From positions 51,710,001 to 51,774,000 of the forward strand of contig NC_045707.1 of the NCBI RefSeq assembly GCF_009834535.1: a stretch of 64,000 nt of DNA. Direction: 5' to 3'. Positions 39,255-51,129 of the stretch are shown one piece after another. The notes beneath the pieces are model-generated. The model did no database searches. It had not been told where the DNA came from and worked only from the letters and a program-made list of their open reading frames with translations. Both the position numbers and the translations under genes were made by a program. Source of the stretch: Camelus ferus. Lineage: Eukaryota. Position 1 is the first letter of the stretch. The number at the start of each line of letters is the position of its first letter.

Positions 39255-41260
39255 GTGGAGTATACCTAAAGTATTGAACAACTGAAGTGGATCAATTTTT
39301 ATTTCTCCTTATTATGACAAGTTTATATGCAGTAATAACTGTGAAATGACCTGAAGATAATGGCTAGAAAGTAAATACAGGCAGTGAAATTTTTCTTTCG
39401 ATTTACTTCATTTTTATGTTCATGTCAGTAGAAAAATAATTAAAGTAATTTAAAAACAATGAAATAATATACTGAAATACAAAAAAAAAATGAAAGAGTA
39501 TTACTTTAATTCATCTACATTCAATTAATTTATTTTAAAATCATAAAGTATCTACCTACAATTGGTCCACCACAGTCGTCAATAATAACTTCATAATAAT
39601 TCATAAATGAATTCTAATAAAACTGGAATATCTTTGAAAGATATGTTTTAGGCAAATAGCAAATTAACACTGATGTATATTTTCTTTTCTTAGTTTTAAC
39701 AAACACAACTAAAGAATAAAAAGACATTAAAGAAATGACTGAAATGTCTTTAGCAAAGTAAAATATCCCATAGATTCCACTCACTGCTTTAAATTTTAAA
39801 CACAAGTAAAACCTCCCTGTGGACTCAGATAAAAACGAAGTAACATAAATGTTGTTTCTTTGTCTTTACGATCACTGTGCAATCATTGTTTACTGCTAAT
39901 CTATTAATTAAACACCAGAATATGAAGTACTGCAGGAGCTGGAGACACAAACTCTGCCCAAAGCTAGACCAAATGATTTTGAACTGCTGTGGGTTTATTC
40001 TTGAATGAATGCGCATATTCTTCCAGGTAGAATACCAAGTTTATTCAAGGTTACATATGTTTTGAAACTCAACAGTAACTTTAGCAATTATGTAGCAGCT
40101 ATTTGTTTTTAAGTTCTCTACACACTGTACCTTCTCTCCTGTCTCTCTCCCATATCCTTGTTACACACTTGTTACACATTCTACTGAATCTTTGCAAGTG
40201 TCTCTGTTTCTTTACCATTTAACTTTTTAGCTCTTTAAGATTTATTTCTTTATTTTTCTTTGCCTACAAAATGAATATATCTGCCATAAATCCTAAGTAC
40301 TCTTTCTCTTCATTTCCACTTTTTGGTCCACTTTTTATTCTACTTCCTTTTCCTTTCCACTTCCTTCTCACATTTTAAGCCCCAACATATGTCATTTTAC
40401 TTATTGGTCCTTTATAAACCCTCACAGGCAGAACAAGCAGCTTTCTCCTGGCTTCTCCAACACTTCATTCGTACTGCAAACACACTACTTGTCATATGAA
40501 TACCATCCCCTCTCCCCCTTTCTCTCTCTGTCTGCTGAAGGCTAGATAATGTGCTGTGATCATACGATCTGCACCAGCGCTGATGCAGTGCTCAGACTAC
40601 AATAGGCATTTGGATAAATGGCGCTCATCTATATAAAGATTGCAAGTGGGGCTTATGGTGGCAATTATACCTCTGATATTTGCAGTACTGAATCTTTAAT
40701 TTTGTAGCAATAAAATTTGCTACATATTTGAAAAGACAGTGGGCCTTTTCAATTCTGTTTGAAGAATAAGAAACTGCACATACCCAAAAAACATATAAAA
40801 GGCATTTCTTAGGTTTTTTCTCTAGTTCAATGCCCCCAAATTTTGTTGTGAACTCGTGTGAAGGTTTTTTGCCATGAATACTTGTATTTACTATGTTTAT
40901 TATAAGCTAGAATAATAATATTATTTTAATATGTTGATATTATGTTTATTAGTATATAAATAATATAAGTATATTAGTATATAATTTAAAATAATTTTAT
41001 TCAGGTACCTTTAACTGATGCCTACTTGAGCATTCTATGAACAAATGAGAAGAAAGTAATTTCTTGCCTGTAAGAAATTATATACCATTAACATAGTACA
41101 GATTTATTATATGTATTAGGAGCATGGGATAAAGTAATTGCTCATTATAGGAAAAAAAGGAAAAATGCGATTTACTTATTGTTTTAGAAGCTTATAATTT
41201 ACTTATTCTTTTGTGGAGTTGATTTTGTCAAAATCTCTGTTCTTACCTCCTTTGTTGTAG

Positions 41261-41284
41261 GTGAGAATTCTCCTTTGAGATTAG
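41261..41284 (+). other. Candidate 24-nt exon / recursive-splicing exon
   Basis: Pyrimidine-rich acceptor ctctgttcttacctcctttgttgtag | GTGAGAATTCTCCTTTGAGATTAG | gtgagt, followed by a long U-rich tract. Confidence 0.3.
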
Positions 41285-41644
41285 GTGAGTTTTTTTGTTT
41301 CTTTGTTTGTTTTTTGTTTTTTTAGACAGTAAAGATGAAGAGAAAAGAGATATGAATATTCTGTGCCCATTGGAATCACAGCCCTGTCCTAATTGTGAAA
41401 ACTGCTTTATAATAATGTCTTATTATTTGGGTCTAAAATGTATTTTTTGCTTTCAGAAATGTACATCTAAATCTAGAGAATGTAGAAACAAACAAGCAAA
41501 AAAACCAGAACTGTCTTTGGATTATGCTAGGAACTACATCATTTTAAAGCTCCAGACAATTCCTTTCCTTGAATTGTTCTTTGATGTTTTTCTACAGCCT
41601 GTACCGAGGGAAGTGCCCTTTCTATTTTTACTTTAAGAGTATGG

Positions 41645-43922
41645 TAGAAGATCCAGCAGGCAGAAAATCAGTAAGGGCACAGCTGAACTCAACAGCACCA
41701 TCAATCAACAGGATATAATTGATGTCCATATACTACTTCAACAACAACACAGTGCACAAGCTCACACAGAACATTCACCAAAATGTATCACATTTTGGAA
41801 CATAAAACACACCATACAAACTAAAAAAAAAAAAAAAAAAATTATGCAATGTTTGTTCTCAGACATTCCCTCAGAAGGAATACTTCCTAACTCATTCTGT
41901 GAGGCCAGTGTACCCTAGTATCAAAATCAGATAAAGATATTACAAGAAAAGAAAACTAAAGACAAATCTCTCATAAGCATACATGCAATAATTCTCAAAA
42001 AATAATAGCAAACTGAATCCAACAATGTTTAAAAAGAATTATATACCACGACTAAGTGGGATTTAGCCAAGGTATGCAAGGCTACTTAAACATTCAAAAA
42101 TCAATAAACATAATCCAACATATCCATAAGGTAAAAAAAAGAAATCACACAATCACAGCAGTAGATGCAGAAAAAGCACTTGACAAAATCCAACACCAAC
42201 TGATGTTAAAAACTCTCACTAAAGTAGGAATAAAAGGGAACTTCCTCAACTTGATAAGGAATATGTACCAAAAGCCCTACAGTTAACCTCATATGTAATG
42301 GTGAAAACTTTAAAGCTTTCTCACTAAGATCAGGTGAGGATGTATTTTCTTACCACTTCTTTACAACATTCCGCTGGAAATTCTAGCTAATGCAGTAAGA
42401 AATGAGAAAAGCGAATGAAAGGTATACAGATTGGGAAGAAAGAAAGAAAGAAAACTGTCCTCATTTATAGATGACAAACAAGATCACTTATGTAGAAAAT
42501 CCAAAAGAACTGACCAAACAACTCCTGAAACTAATAAGCCATTATAGCAAGGTTGTATGATACAAGGTTAACATGCAAAAGGCAACTGCCTTTCTGTACA
42601 CCAGCGATGAACAAGTGGAGTTTGAAAATAGACACAATACTATTTATATAGTTTTTAACCTATATTTAACACCCCCCAAAATGGATACTTTAGTATAAAT
42701 CTAACAAAATATTTATAAGGTTTATATGAGAAAAAAAAAACTATGTGAAAGAAGTCAAAGAATAATTAAATACATGGATATTCCATATCCATGAATAGGA
42801 AGACTCAAAATTGTCAAGGTGTTAGTTCTTCCCAACTTGATCTACAGAGTCAATTCAATCACAATCAAAATCTTAGCAAATTACTTTGTGGATGTATACA
42901 AACTGGTTCTAAATTTTATATGGTGAGGAGAAAGATCCAGAATAGTTAATACAATATTGAGGGAGAAGAATGAAATTGGAAGGTTGAAGCTACCAGACTT
43001 TAAGACTTACTATAAAGCTACAATAATCAAAACACTGGGTATTGGGGGTAAAACAGACAAATAGATGAATGGCACAGAATAATGAGTCCAGAGATTAACT
43101 GATGCAAATATAATTAACTGACCTTTGACAAAGGAGCAAAGGGAATTCATAGGGGAAACTATAGTGTCTTTAATGAATGGTGTTGGTTCAACTGGATATC
43201 TGAGTTCAAATTAATTAATCTAGACACAGATCTATACCTATCATAAAAATTCACAAAATGGATCATAAACCTAAAAGTAAAATGCTGGACTATAAAACTT
43301 GTAAGAGATAACATAGGAGAATACCTAGATGACTTGGGAAGGGTGATACCTTTTTAGATAAAACAACAAAGACATAATCCACTGAAAGAAAAATTTGATA
43401 AACTGGACTTCATTAAAATTAAAAACCTGCTGTGCAAGAGACAATGTCAAGAGAATGAGAAGACAAGCTGCAGACTGGGAGAAAATGTTGCAACAGATAC
43501 ATCTGATAAAGGACTGTTAGCTAAATTATACAAAGAGCCCTTAAAACTCAACAGTAACAAACAGCTCCATTAAAAATGGGCCAAAGACCTCTGCAGACAC
43601 CTCACCAAAAAAGCACATGAATAGATTCACATCATATGTCGTCAGAGTAATACAAATTAAAACAAGATATCACTACAGAACTATTGGAATGGCCAAAATC
43701 TGAAACACGGACAACAGGAAATGATGGGAGGATGTGGAGCGACAGAAACTCTCATACGTTGCTAATAGGAATGCAAAATGGTACAGCCACTTTGGAAGAC
43801 AGTTCAGTGGTTTCTTAACATGCTAAAATTAAAAATTAATTGAAAGTTAACTTTCAAAACTAAATATACTCTTACCACCCAATCAAGCAATCATGCTCTT
43901 TGTTATTTGCACAAAGAAGTTA
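41645..43922 (+). mobile_element. L1MC-type LINE-1, decayed ORF2 (endonuclease end, internal deletion near 41865, RT, C-terminus) into the 3'UTR
   Basis: ORF 42056-42286 reads GFSQGMQGYLNIQKSINII...DAEKALDKIQH, the L1 RT domain. Many stops and frameshifts; the 3'UTR is cut before any poly(A). Confidence 0.9.
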
Positions 43923-44935
43923 AATTCCATATTCTTCGTTTCTGTCACAGTGATTTTGATCTCTGGCGTTTCTTTTCTTCCTTTCTTAGGATTTCCATCT
44001 CTTTTTGTATACCGGTCATCAGTTCTGCATGCTGCCTCCTTCCTTCATTAGAGCCCTTACTAATCGGAGTTGTTTCAAAATCTCAGTCTGGTAATTCCAG
44101 TGTCCTAACTAACTCTGGTTCTGATGCTTGCTGTGTCTCTTAACATTGTGTGTTCTTGTGTTTTTGTTTTTTTCTTTCCTTTTCCTTTGTACTTTTTTCT
44201 TGATTACCTGACATGATGTGCTGGGTGTAAGAAACTGCTGCCTTTCGTAATGTAGTAGTGAGATGCAGAGAAAGGGGCAGGATGCTTCGGCCTTATAGTT
44301 TAAATCTCAGTTTTCACATTAGACTAAGCCTCTGGACTGTGACCATCACGAATGTTTTCAATTTGTGGTTCTTCCCCCTTGGGTGGGACAGGATGGCCAG
44401 AACAGGCTGGGATTGGGTATTTCCCGCCCCCAGATCAGTCAGCCAATCAGGTTAGGCTTTGGTTCACTCGTTTCCCCTGAGGGCGGCGCTTGTTAAGGGC
44501 AGAGCCTTCTGGCGTTTCTCAAAGTGGCTCCTCTCCCCTCCCACCACCGGGAGCCTAAGGGGATTTTTCTCTGTTGTTTACTGTGGAGTCCGCTGAAGCC
44601 GTAAGAGGCAAATCTCATGATAATATAGGGGCTCCCCCAGTTGAATGGGTACCCCTGGAGTTTTTAATCTGAGTTGTCTACCCTGAATCTTCAGCAGTTA
44701 CTGTTCGGGTTTCCCGACCGTCGTGAGTTCCCGCGGCCCCCGCTCAGGTGAGCCGTGGTTTCCGTATTCCTTCCCTGTCTCATCCCGTCTTGGGGCCAGC
44801 GGTTTGTTGTGTGTTCAGTCCCTTCTTAGGGGTCCAAGAATTGTTGATTTTTCAGTATGTTCAGCTTTTTACTTGTTAGGACAGAGTGGCAACTTTTGAG
44901 CTCCTTACATGTGGAAACAAAAAGACTTCCACATG
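43923..44935 (-). mobile_element. Old L1 (L1M/L1MC-type) 5'UTR and start of ORF1, antisense
   Basis: tcttaggatttccatctc..ttcattagagccctt..ctctggttctgatgcttgc; ttgttgatttttcagtatgttcagctttttacttgttaggacagagtggcaactt. Confidence 0.7.
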
Positions 44936-45142
44936 GAAGTCTAATTTCTTCTTAAGATGTTGGTTCGGGCACAGTGTATATTAATTGAAAAGTAATAATG
45001 ACAGCAGCCAATATTTGGTGAGTGTTATTTTAAGCTGGCCACCATGGTAAGAGCTTTCTCTGGGGTTTCCTCTTTAATAGAAAAAGTAGTAACACCTGCT
45101 CTGAAAGTTCAGGTGTTTCAGGTTACCTGATAAGGGAGCAAC

Positions 45143-45700
45143 TGTTAACCAGGAATAAGAGTTACTTCGGTTCTTAGTCACCTGAAAAAAGAGTTTTTAA
45201 GGACAGATAGAAAGCGTGATATAAACAAGATTTTATTAGTAAAGTAAAAAGGTAGTAAAATAGAGTACACTCCCGAGGGCTGGGAGCGGGCTAATCCAAG
45301 AGAGGAAACATGGCGCCGCTCCTTTTTATCTCCTGTCTTACTTTTTGGTTTAGGGGGGATTTTTTGTGATTGATTTATGGCTCAGTTCCTTGTGCTCAGG
45401 CACACCCATCCTTTTTGTGCAGGTTCTTACCCATGATGCACACAGAACCCTACAGGAGGGGGCGCAAACTGCAATGCTGATTACTTTATAATGAGCATTG
45501 GGTCAAGTTAAGCTGAGTCCTCTCTGTTGCGCAGCTGCAGCGTTCGATCCTAGCTGGCTTCTTTGCCGGCCCTCGTTTAGAGAAAGTAAAAGATTTTGGA
45601 GTGCCTTATCCGGAGCGCAGATGTACTGTTGTTTTCTGGGTTGCTCCTTTCCCCTTTCTCTCCCCCTGCCTGGTGCTCATTTGTATCTAACTGCCTAACA
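45143..45700 (-). mobile_element. Young ERV1-class solo LTR, 558 bp, 4-bp TSD
   Basis: TGTTA...TAACA termini; caac TSD at 45139-45142 and 45701-45704; minus-strand AATAAA near 45232-45237; many CpGs retained. Confidence 0.9.
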
Positions 45701-46257
45701 CAACTGTCTTATAGAGATAATTACACAGTATTTCTGAACGTGTCAGGTTTGCTCCAGACCATTTCATTTAAAGTAGATTGTTCAGCATGAAAACCTTGAT
45801 ATCTAGCTCATGGCAATGCCTTTATCATACTATGTTCTTTTTAAAAATATTTTCCTAGCAAGATAAATGTGTCACTTAGACAATAAATATCAGAATCAAT
45901 CTTTGCCCTCAAACCTAACACACTTCTCCATAAGGTAGAATGTAACTGGAAAATACCACTATGGAAAAAAACAAAACAAAACAAAAACCCAAACAATAAA
46001 AACAAGTATCTCCTAGAACACTTGCTTCTGACCATGTTTTGTTAAATCTTATTTAACAACCTTTATAAATATTACAAGCTTTGCTAATACATCATGATAA
46101 TTTGTTAATAAAAGTGATTTTTTTATTTCAATGTCCAACTGAAAATCATATATTTAACTAAAATTACATGCATTCTGTTGATAAAAGTATCTATATCCAT
46201 AAATGTTGGCAATCTTAGGGGAAGAGAATTCATAGTTATTTCTATATTTGATTTTTT

Positions 46258-46396
46258 TAAAATTTTTCTTTTTATTATTTTGAAGGAGAGGTAATTAGGT
46301 TTCTTTATTTATGTTTGGAGGGAGTACTGGGGATTAAATCCAGGACCTCATGCATGCTAAGCATGCGTTCTACCATTTGAGCTATACCCTCCCCCC
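46258..46396 (-). mobile_element. tRNA-Ala-derived camelid SINE (Vic-1 type)
   Basis: Minus strand reads ggggagggtatagctcaaatggtagaacgcatgcttagcatgcatgaggtcctggatttaatccccagtac plus an A-rich tail. 14-bp TSD atatttgatttttt (46244-46257) / atacttgatttttt (46397-46410). Confidence 0.9.
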
Positions 46397-48324
46397 ATAC
46401 TTGATTTTTTATGCATTAATATTTAAATATATTATGGAGCTTACATAAATGATTCTAAAAACTGGTAATAGTAGAAAATGTTCAATACACTTTATTGCAT
46501 AATATATGCCTATGGAAATAATTTTCTGAACTCAAATGATATAGTTCATTGGTGTCCAAAAGTAAATGTTTGTCTTTTACTCCTTCCTTTGTATAAATAA
46601 AATGTGTTCAACATAAAAATAATCAACATTTAGATGTAGTAATATTTTAAATTTATAAAAATTTATCTTTGCCTATGCCAGGTTGTTGCTCCTAATCACC
46701 CAACATTAATGAAGAACACTGCTCAAAATATGTTGGAAGATAAAAATAGCCAATAACTGCTACCCCATCCTCCCCAAAATAATAAACAGCAATGACCAAA
46801 ATAAATAAGGAGAATGTGACTTTTCTTCTTTTCAACCTATTCTTAAACAAACACTGGCTAGTTTATGTGCTTTGCAGATAGATCAATAATGGCTCACGGA
46901 CAGAGCAGAGATCTACCCCTAGGACACAAGTCCATACACTGATTCTTGTTTACCTTTAGCCTTCAAGTATTTAAGGAAATACATATCCTAGAATGAAGAT
47001 TTCACATCCACACAGAGATACAGGCAATTTTTCATTATCCCGTATTTCAACATTGCCAGATATTTTGCTAAAACAACTAGACAGAACATGTTGTTGAAAT
47101 AAGTAGGCATTTAAAAAAAAATCACTTCTACAGAGTGTGTGTGTGCACCTGCACAAACTTTTGCATTTATTTGTATTTTTGTCCATCTCTGTGCTTGTTA
47201 TAATTCCTAGACCTAAAAAATCTCTTCTCCACAGTGGAATTTTTAAAACAGGCAAAACGCTTCTTTGTTCCTGGAAGCTTGATGCTGATCTCTTAGCTTC
47301 ATGTCTTTTTCATTCCTCATCCTAATCACAGTCAAATTCTTCACTCACTTCCATGGTTGGCTTGAGAACAATTTGGATTGAAATCAGACTAGCAACACAG
47401 ATGGTACCTAATATTGCATCTCAGTTTTTGGCTTGATTCTGTAAGCAGCTTACTCAGTGGTGGGGGAGAAGGGGAAAGCTGCTGACAAATGACACTATTA
47501 GGACCATCATAGCCAAGATAGACTGGCACCATTAGAGTGCTCAGCAATCTGCTTTATATCTCCATGTTTCTAAGTCCATGTTATTAAATAAAGGTGTCCT
47601 TTTTGCATGTAACATAACACCTGGGACAGAGGTCACTTTTTACTCTTGAAGTGGCTTATTAAGCAAAATGATTTTAAAGGAAATATATTTTGAATGATAG
47701 GCTATATACCTTAGAGCTAACTCTATGTAGTAGACTTCTATTTTAACTTGTATCAATTTAAATCTCATTTTATCATTTAAATCCATAATATACCTTTATT
47801 TGACATTTTTTGAAGGCAAACACTTTGTTATTATTTATTGTAACCTCATGCAAATTAAGGATAGGCATATAATATTAATAGTTAACTTGATTTTAATAAT
47901 TATTCATTATGATTCATCATGGATACTATTTTGAGCAAATGATAGGCATTTCAAAAGGGTACGCATTTCTTTCAAATAAATTATAAGCAGAGTATTTCTT
48001 TTCTGATTATGAGATGGATGTATATCAATGCAGAATTTTTTTTAAAAAATCAGGAGTATAACGAAGAAAATGCAAATCAAATATACTTCAGCCACGCAGG
48101 GATGATTGTTAACTTACTGGTATAGTTCCTTTTGTTTGTTTTCTATGCTGTTTCTCAATGTATATGACATATTATGTATGCTGTTTGTTTAGGAGTCTAG
48201 TCTCTTTTTATCTGTAAGATGTTGAAATGTGAGAGAAATTGGTTTTGAACATATGGCAATCTATATATAATATAATAATAGTTGCAACCAGAGTTTTAAG
48301 GGTCTGGATATAAAAGATTAAAAA

Positions 48325-48540
48325 GTCAGCACTTCGTTTATCATTTACTAAGAATTCTGTCATGTTTATCTAATTTGATTTGGATAGCAACTCCCTGAGA
48401 TAGGCATCTCATTTTTCACTTTCAATTTAAGGAAACTGTTTTCTGAAAAGATAAAGAATTTATCTAAGCTGATACAGCCTGTGAACAAGGAAGTCACAAC
48501 ATGATGCTAGTTTTTCCAAATCCAAATACTGTGTTCTTTT
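48325..48540 (-). mobile_element. MIR SINE (antisense)
   Basis: gcaactccctgagataggcatc..ggaaactg..aaagataaagaatttatctaagctgatacagc. Confidence 0.65.
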
Positions 48541-49669
48541 TTTATACCTTTATGTGGAAGAAATGAGTAAACTATGTGAAATCTGGATATATCAGCAAAA
48601 TGAGCTAATGGGTTAAATGTTTAGGACAATGCATTAAAGAAAAAAATTAAATATTTCTAACTTTGAGTCTGGAAACTGTAGGGTTGGTTGGAATGACTGA
48701 AGACAATGAGCTTCTCTCATTTTTGTGGACACAACCCAGATTTGATTACTTTCTATTCCACAGAAGTGATTCTACTAATTTTCCTGAAGCTAGATTTCTG
48801 TTTTAGTTTTCTGTTTTAGCCAATGAACTATCAGCAAAAGTTGCTTTAATGAGCCTTTTTTCAAAATGGAGATTAAAACTTTGATCAGTTTGCCACAGAA
48901 AATTTAGTCTTCTTAAATGCTGAGTTTAAATATTTACTATTGGATAAAAAAATATATAAAAATTTAATACCTGATGCCTCTGTTTCAATGTCTTGAAGCT
49001 AAAGTTTGACTTTCCCTTCTTATTAACAGTTTAATGCTATTTTAAAGAACTATTTCAAAGAAAGTTTTCAGTGGCACATGGAATAATACCTCATTCTCAC
49101 ACAGAAGCTAATATTGTCAGAAATACCAGTCCCTTTTAAGTGTTTCCATTTACTTATTTCATCGATACTACTTTCATATAATTACAAAGTAAATAATTGG
49201 AATAATTATATGGTAGATAAAATTCCCTTTTATCTTAGCAAAGTACACTTTAAAATATGTATTTTAAAAAGTAGAATAAGAGGATTAACTTTAAGAAGTA
49301 TTATCAAAATTAAAATATTAGTATAAATTTATTCACAAAGATTTTGTGAATGAAGCTGAAGGAAGAAGACATTTTTTTCAAATTAACTTGGGTATTTCTC
49401 TTAATTATTTTTATTTTCTGGATATTGACATAAATATGATGCTCAGTATCATGTTATCAGGTACAGATTTCTCCTACTTTCTGAAAGTATAGTATTGCTG
49501 TGAAGGCTTTTATAAGCCAAAATGGCATAAAACAAAGAGGCAATTACCTTTTATTGTAAAAGTTGTCATCCCCTTGGATTTCTTTCAGACAGCGAAAACA
49601 GGTACTAATGTAGGTCTTTTGTAAAAGCAAAGTGGTGTAAATTGAACTTTCAAAAATTGGGGCTACCTG

Positions 49670-51040
49670 TAATTTCAAATTAAAACATCAAAGAAATATG
49701 ACTATACACCTATTAGAATGGCAAAAATTGACAACACCAGATGTTGGTGATTTGAAGCAAGAGGAATTTTCATTCATTGCTGGTAGGAATGCAAAGCAGG
49801 ACAGCCATTTTAGAAGACTGGCAGTTTCTTACAGGACTAAGTGTGCTCTTACCATAAGAGCCAACAATTGTGCTCCTTGGTACTTACCCAAAGGAGCTGA
49901 ATACACAAAACATATATATTAATGTTTATAGCTTATTTATAATTGCCAAAACTTGAAAGCAATCAGGGTGTCCTTCTATAGGTGAGTGGATAAATAAAGG
50001 TACATCCATACAATGAAATATTATTCAGTGATAAAAAGAAATAAGCTATTGTTACCAAGTCCAAGCTCATTCTGCTCAGGCAAATAAATCAGGAGACAAG
50101 TTGTTAGGGCAAGGAATAGCAATTTTATTTGGAAAGCCAGCAGGCTGAGAAGATGATAGACTAGTGTCCCAAAGAACCATTTTACCCAAGTTAGAATTCA
50201 GGTTTTTGTTTTTTATTTTCTATTTTTTTATTCAGAAAGGGGAGGGAGTGTGGTTGCTTTTGCAGACTTCGTAGTAATCAGAATCTTTTGTTCTTGCAGT
50301 TGTAGGTCAGGTCATGAGGTTCCTGTAAACATCCAACAAGACAACTGTTATTCTCTGTCCTGTAACTTTATCTCAATATGAATGAAAAAGTGTTATACCA
50401 TTAAAGGTCACAGCCTTGAGAATAGACTGTACTGTATATTTCAGGCGATAGGCAACATTTTCAACTTGCAGCAAAAGCAATAGGATACAAAAGTTAAGGT
50501 AAAAAGATTTAATATAGAGTCAGATTTATTCTTCCCTATTGCAGTGTAAAGCTACAAAAAGACATGAAAGAACTTTAAATACTAAGTGAAAGAAGCCAGT
50601 ATGAAAAGAGGCTACATACTATATGATTCCAACTATATGACATTTTGGGAAAGCCAAAAGTATGGAGACAGTTTAAAAATCAGTGGTTACTAGAGGCACA
50701 GTGGAAGGGATGGAAGGCACAATATGTGGAGTTTGGGGGATTTGGGCACTGAAAGTATTCTGTGTGATACTCCAATTGTATATACATTTCATGACACATT
50801 TATCAAAACCCATAGAATGTGTAACATCAAGAATGAACCCTAATGTAAAGTATGGACTTTAGTTAATAATAACATCTGTATTGGCTCGTCAATTGTAACA
50901 AAATTCTAACTAATGTAAGATGTTAATACAATGAGAAACTGTGGGGTTGGGTGTAGGAGTATATATGGAAATATTTTGTATTTCCTGCACAATTGTTCTG
51001 TAAACTAACACTTCTCTAAAATGAATGTTATGATAAGAAA
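49670..51040 (+). mobile_element. L1MC-type 3' end, interrupted by an LTR at 50050-50543
   Basis: caaattaaaaca..cacctattagaatggcaaaaat; ctaagtgaaagaagccag..ggctacatactatatgattcc; gaaccctaatgtaaagtatggactttag. Confidence 0.9.
50050..50543 (-). mobile_element. MER41-like (cetartiodactyl) ERV1 solo LTR nested in L1MC
   Basis: Minus strand begins tgcaatagggaagaataaatctgactctatattaaatc and ends ...ttggtaaca. The L1 sequence resumes on both sides; the TSD is decayed. Confidence 0.75.
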
Positions 51041-51129
51041 AATCAGGAGAAATATAGTTTAGAGTTTGGTCATAAATTCAGTGATCTACACATTTTATAA
51101 GGTTTCTGTTTACCCTCCACATCATTTCA

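Noticed and set aside
41285..41636. 41-nt 'intron' and the following Cys-rich 113-aa ORF
   Set aside because: Too short for a mammalian spliceosomal intron; the ORF begins in a T-rich tract and matches no family I know.
42056..42286. Reverse-transcriptase-like ORF as a functional gene or retron-type system
   Set aside because: It is a fragment of a frameshifted L1 ORF2.
46320..46396. tRNA-Ala gene
   Set aside because: Mutated B box, A-rich tail and TSD show that it is a SINE.
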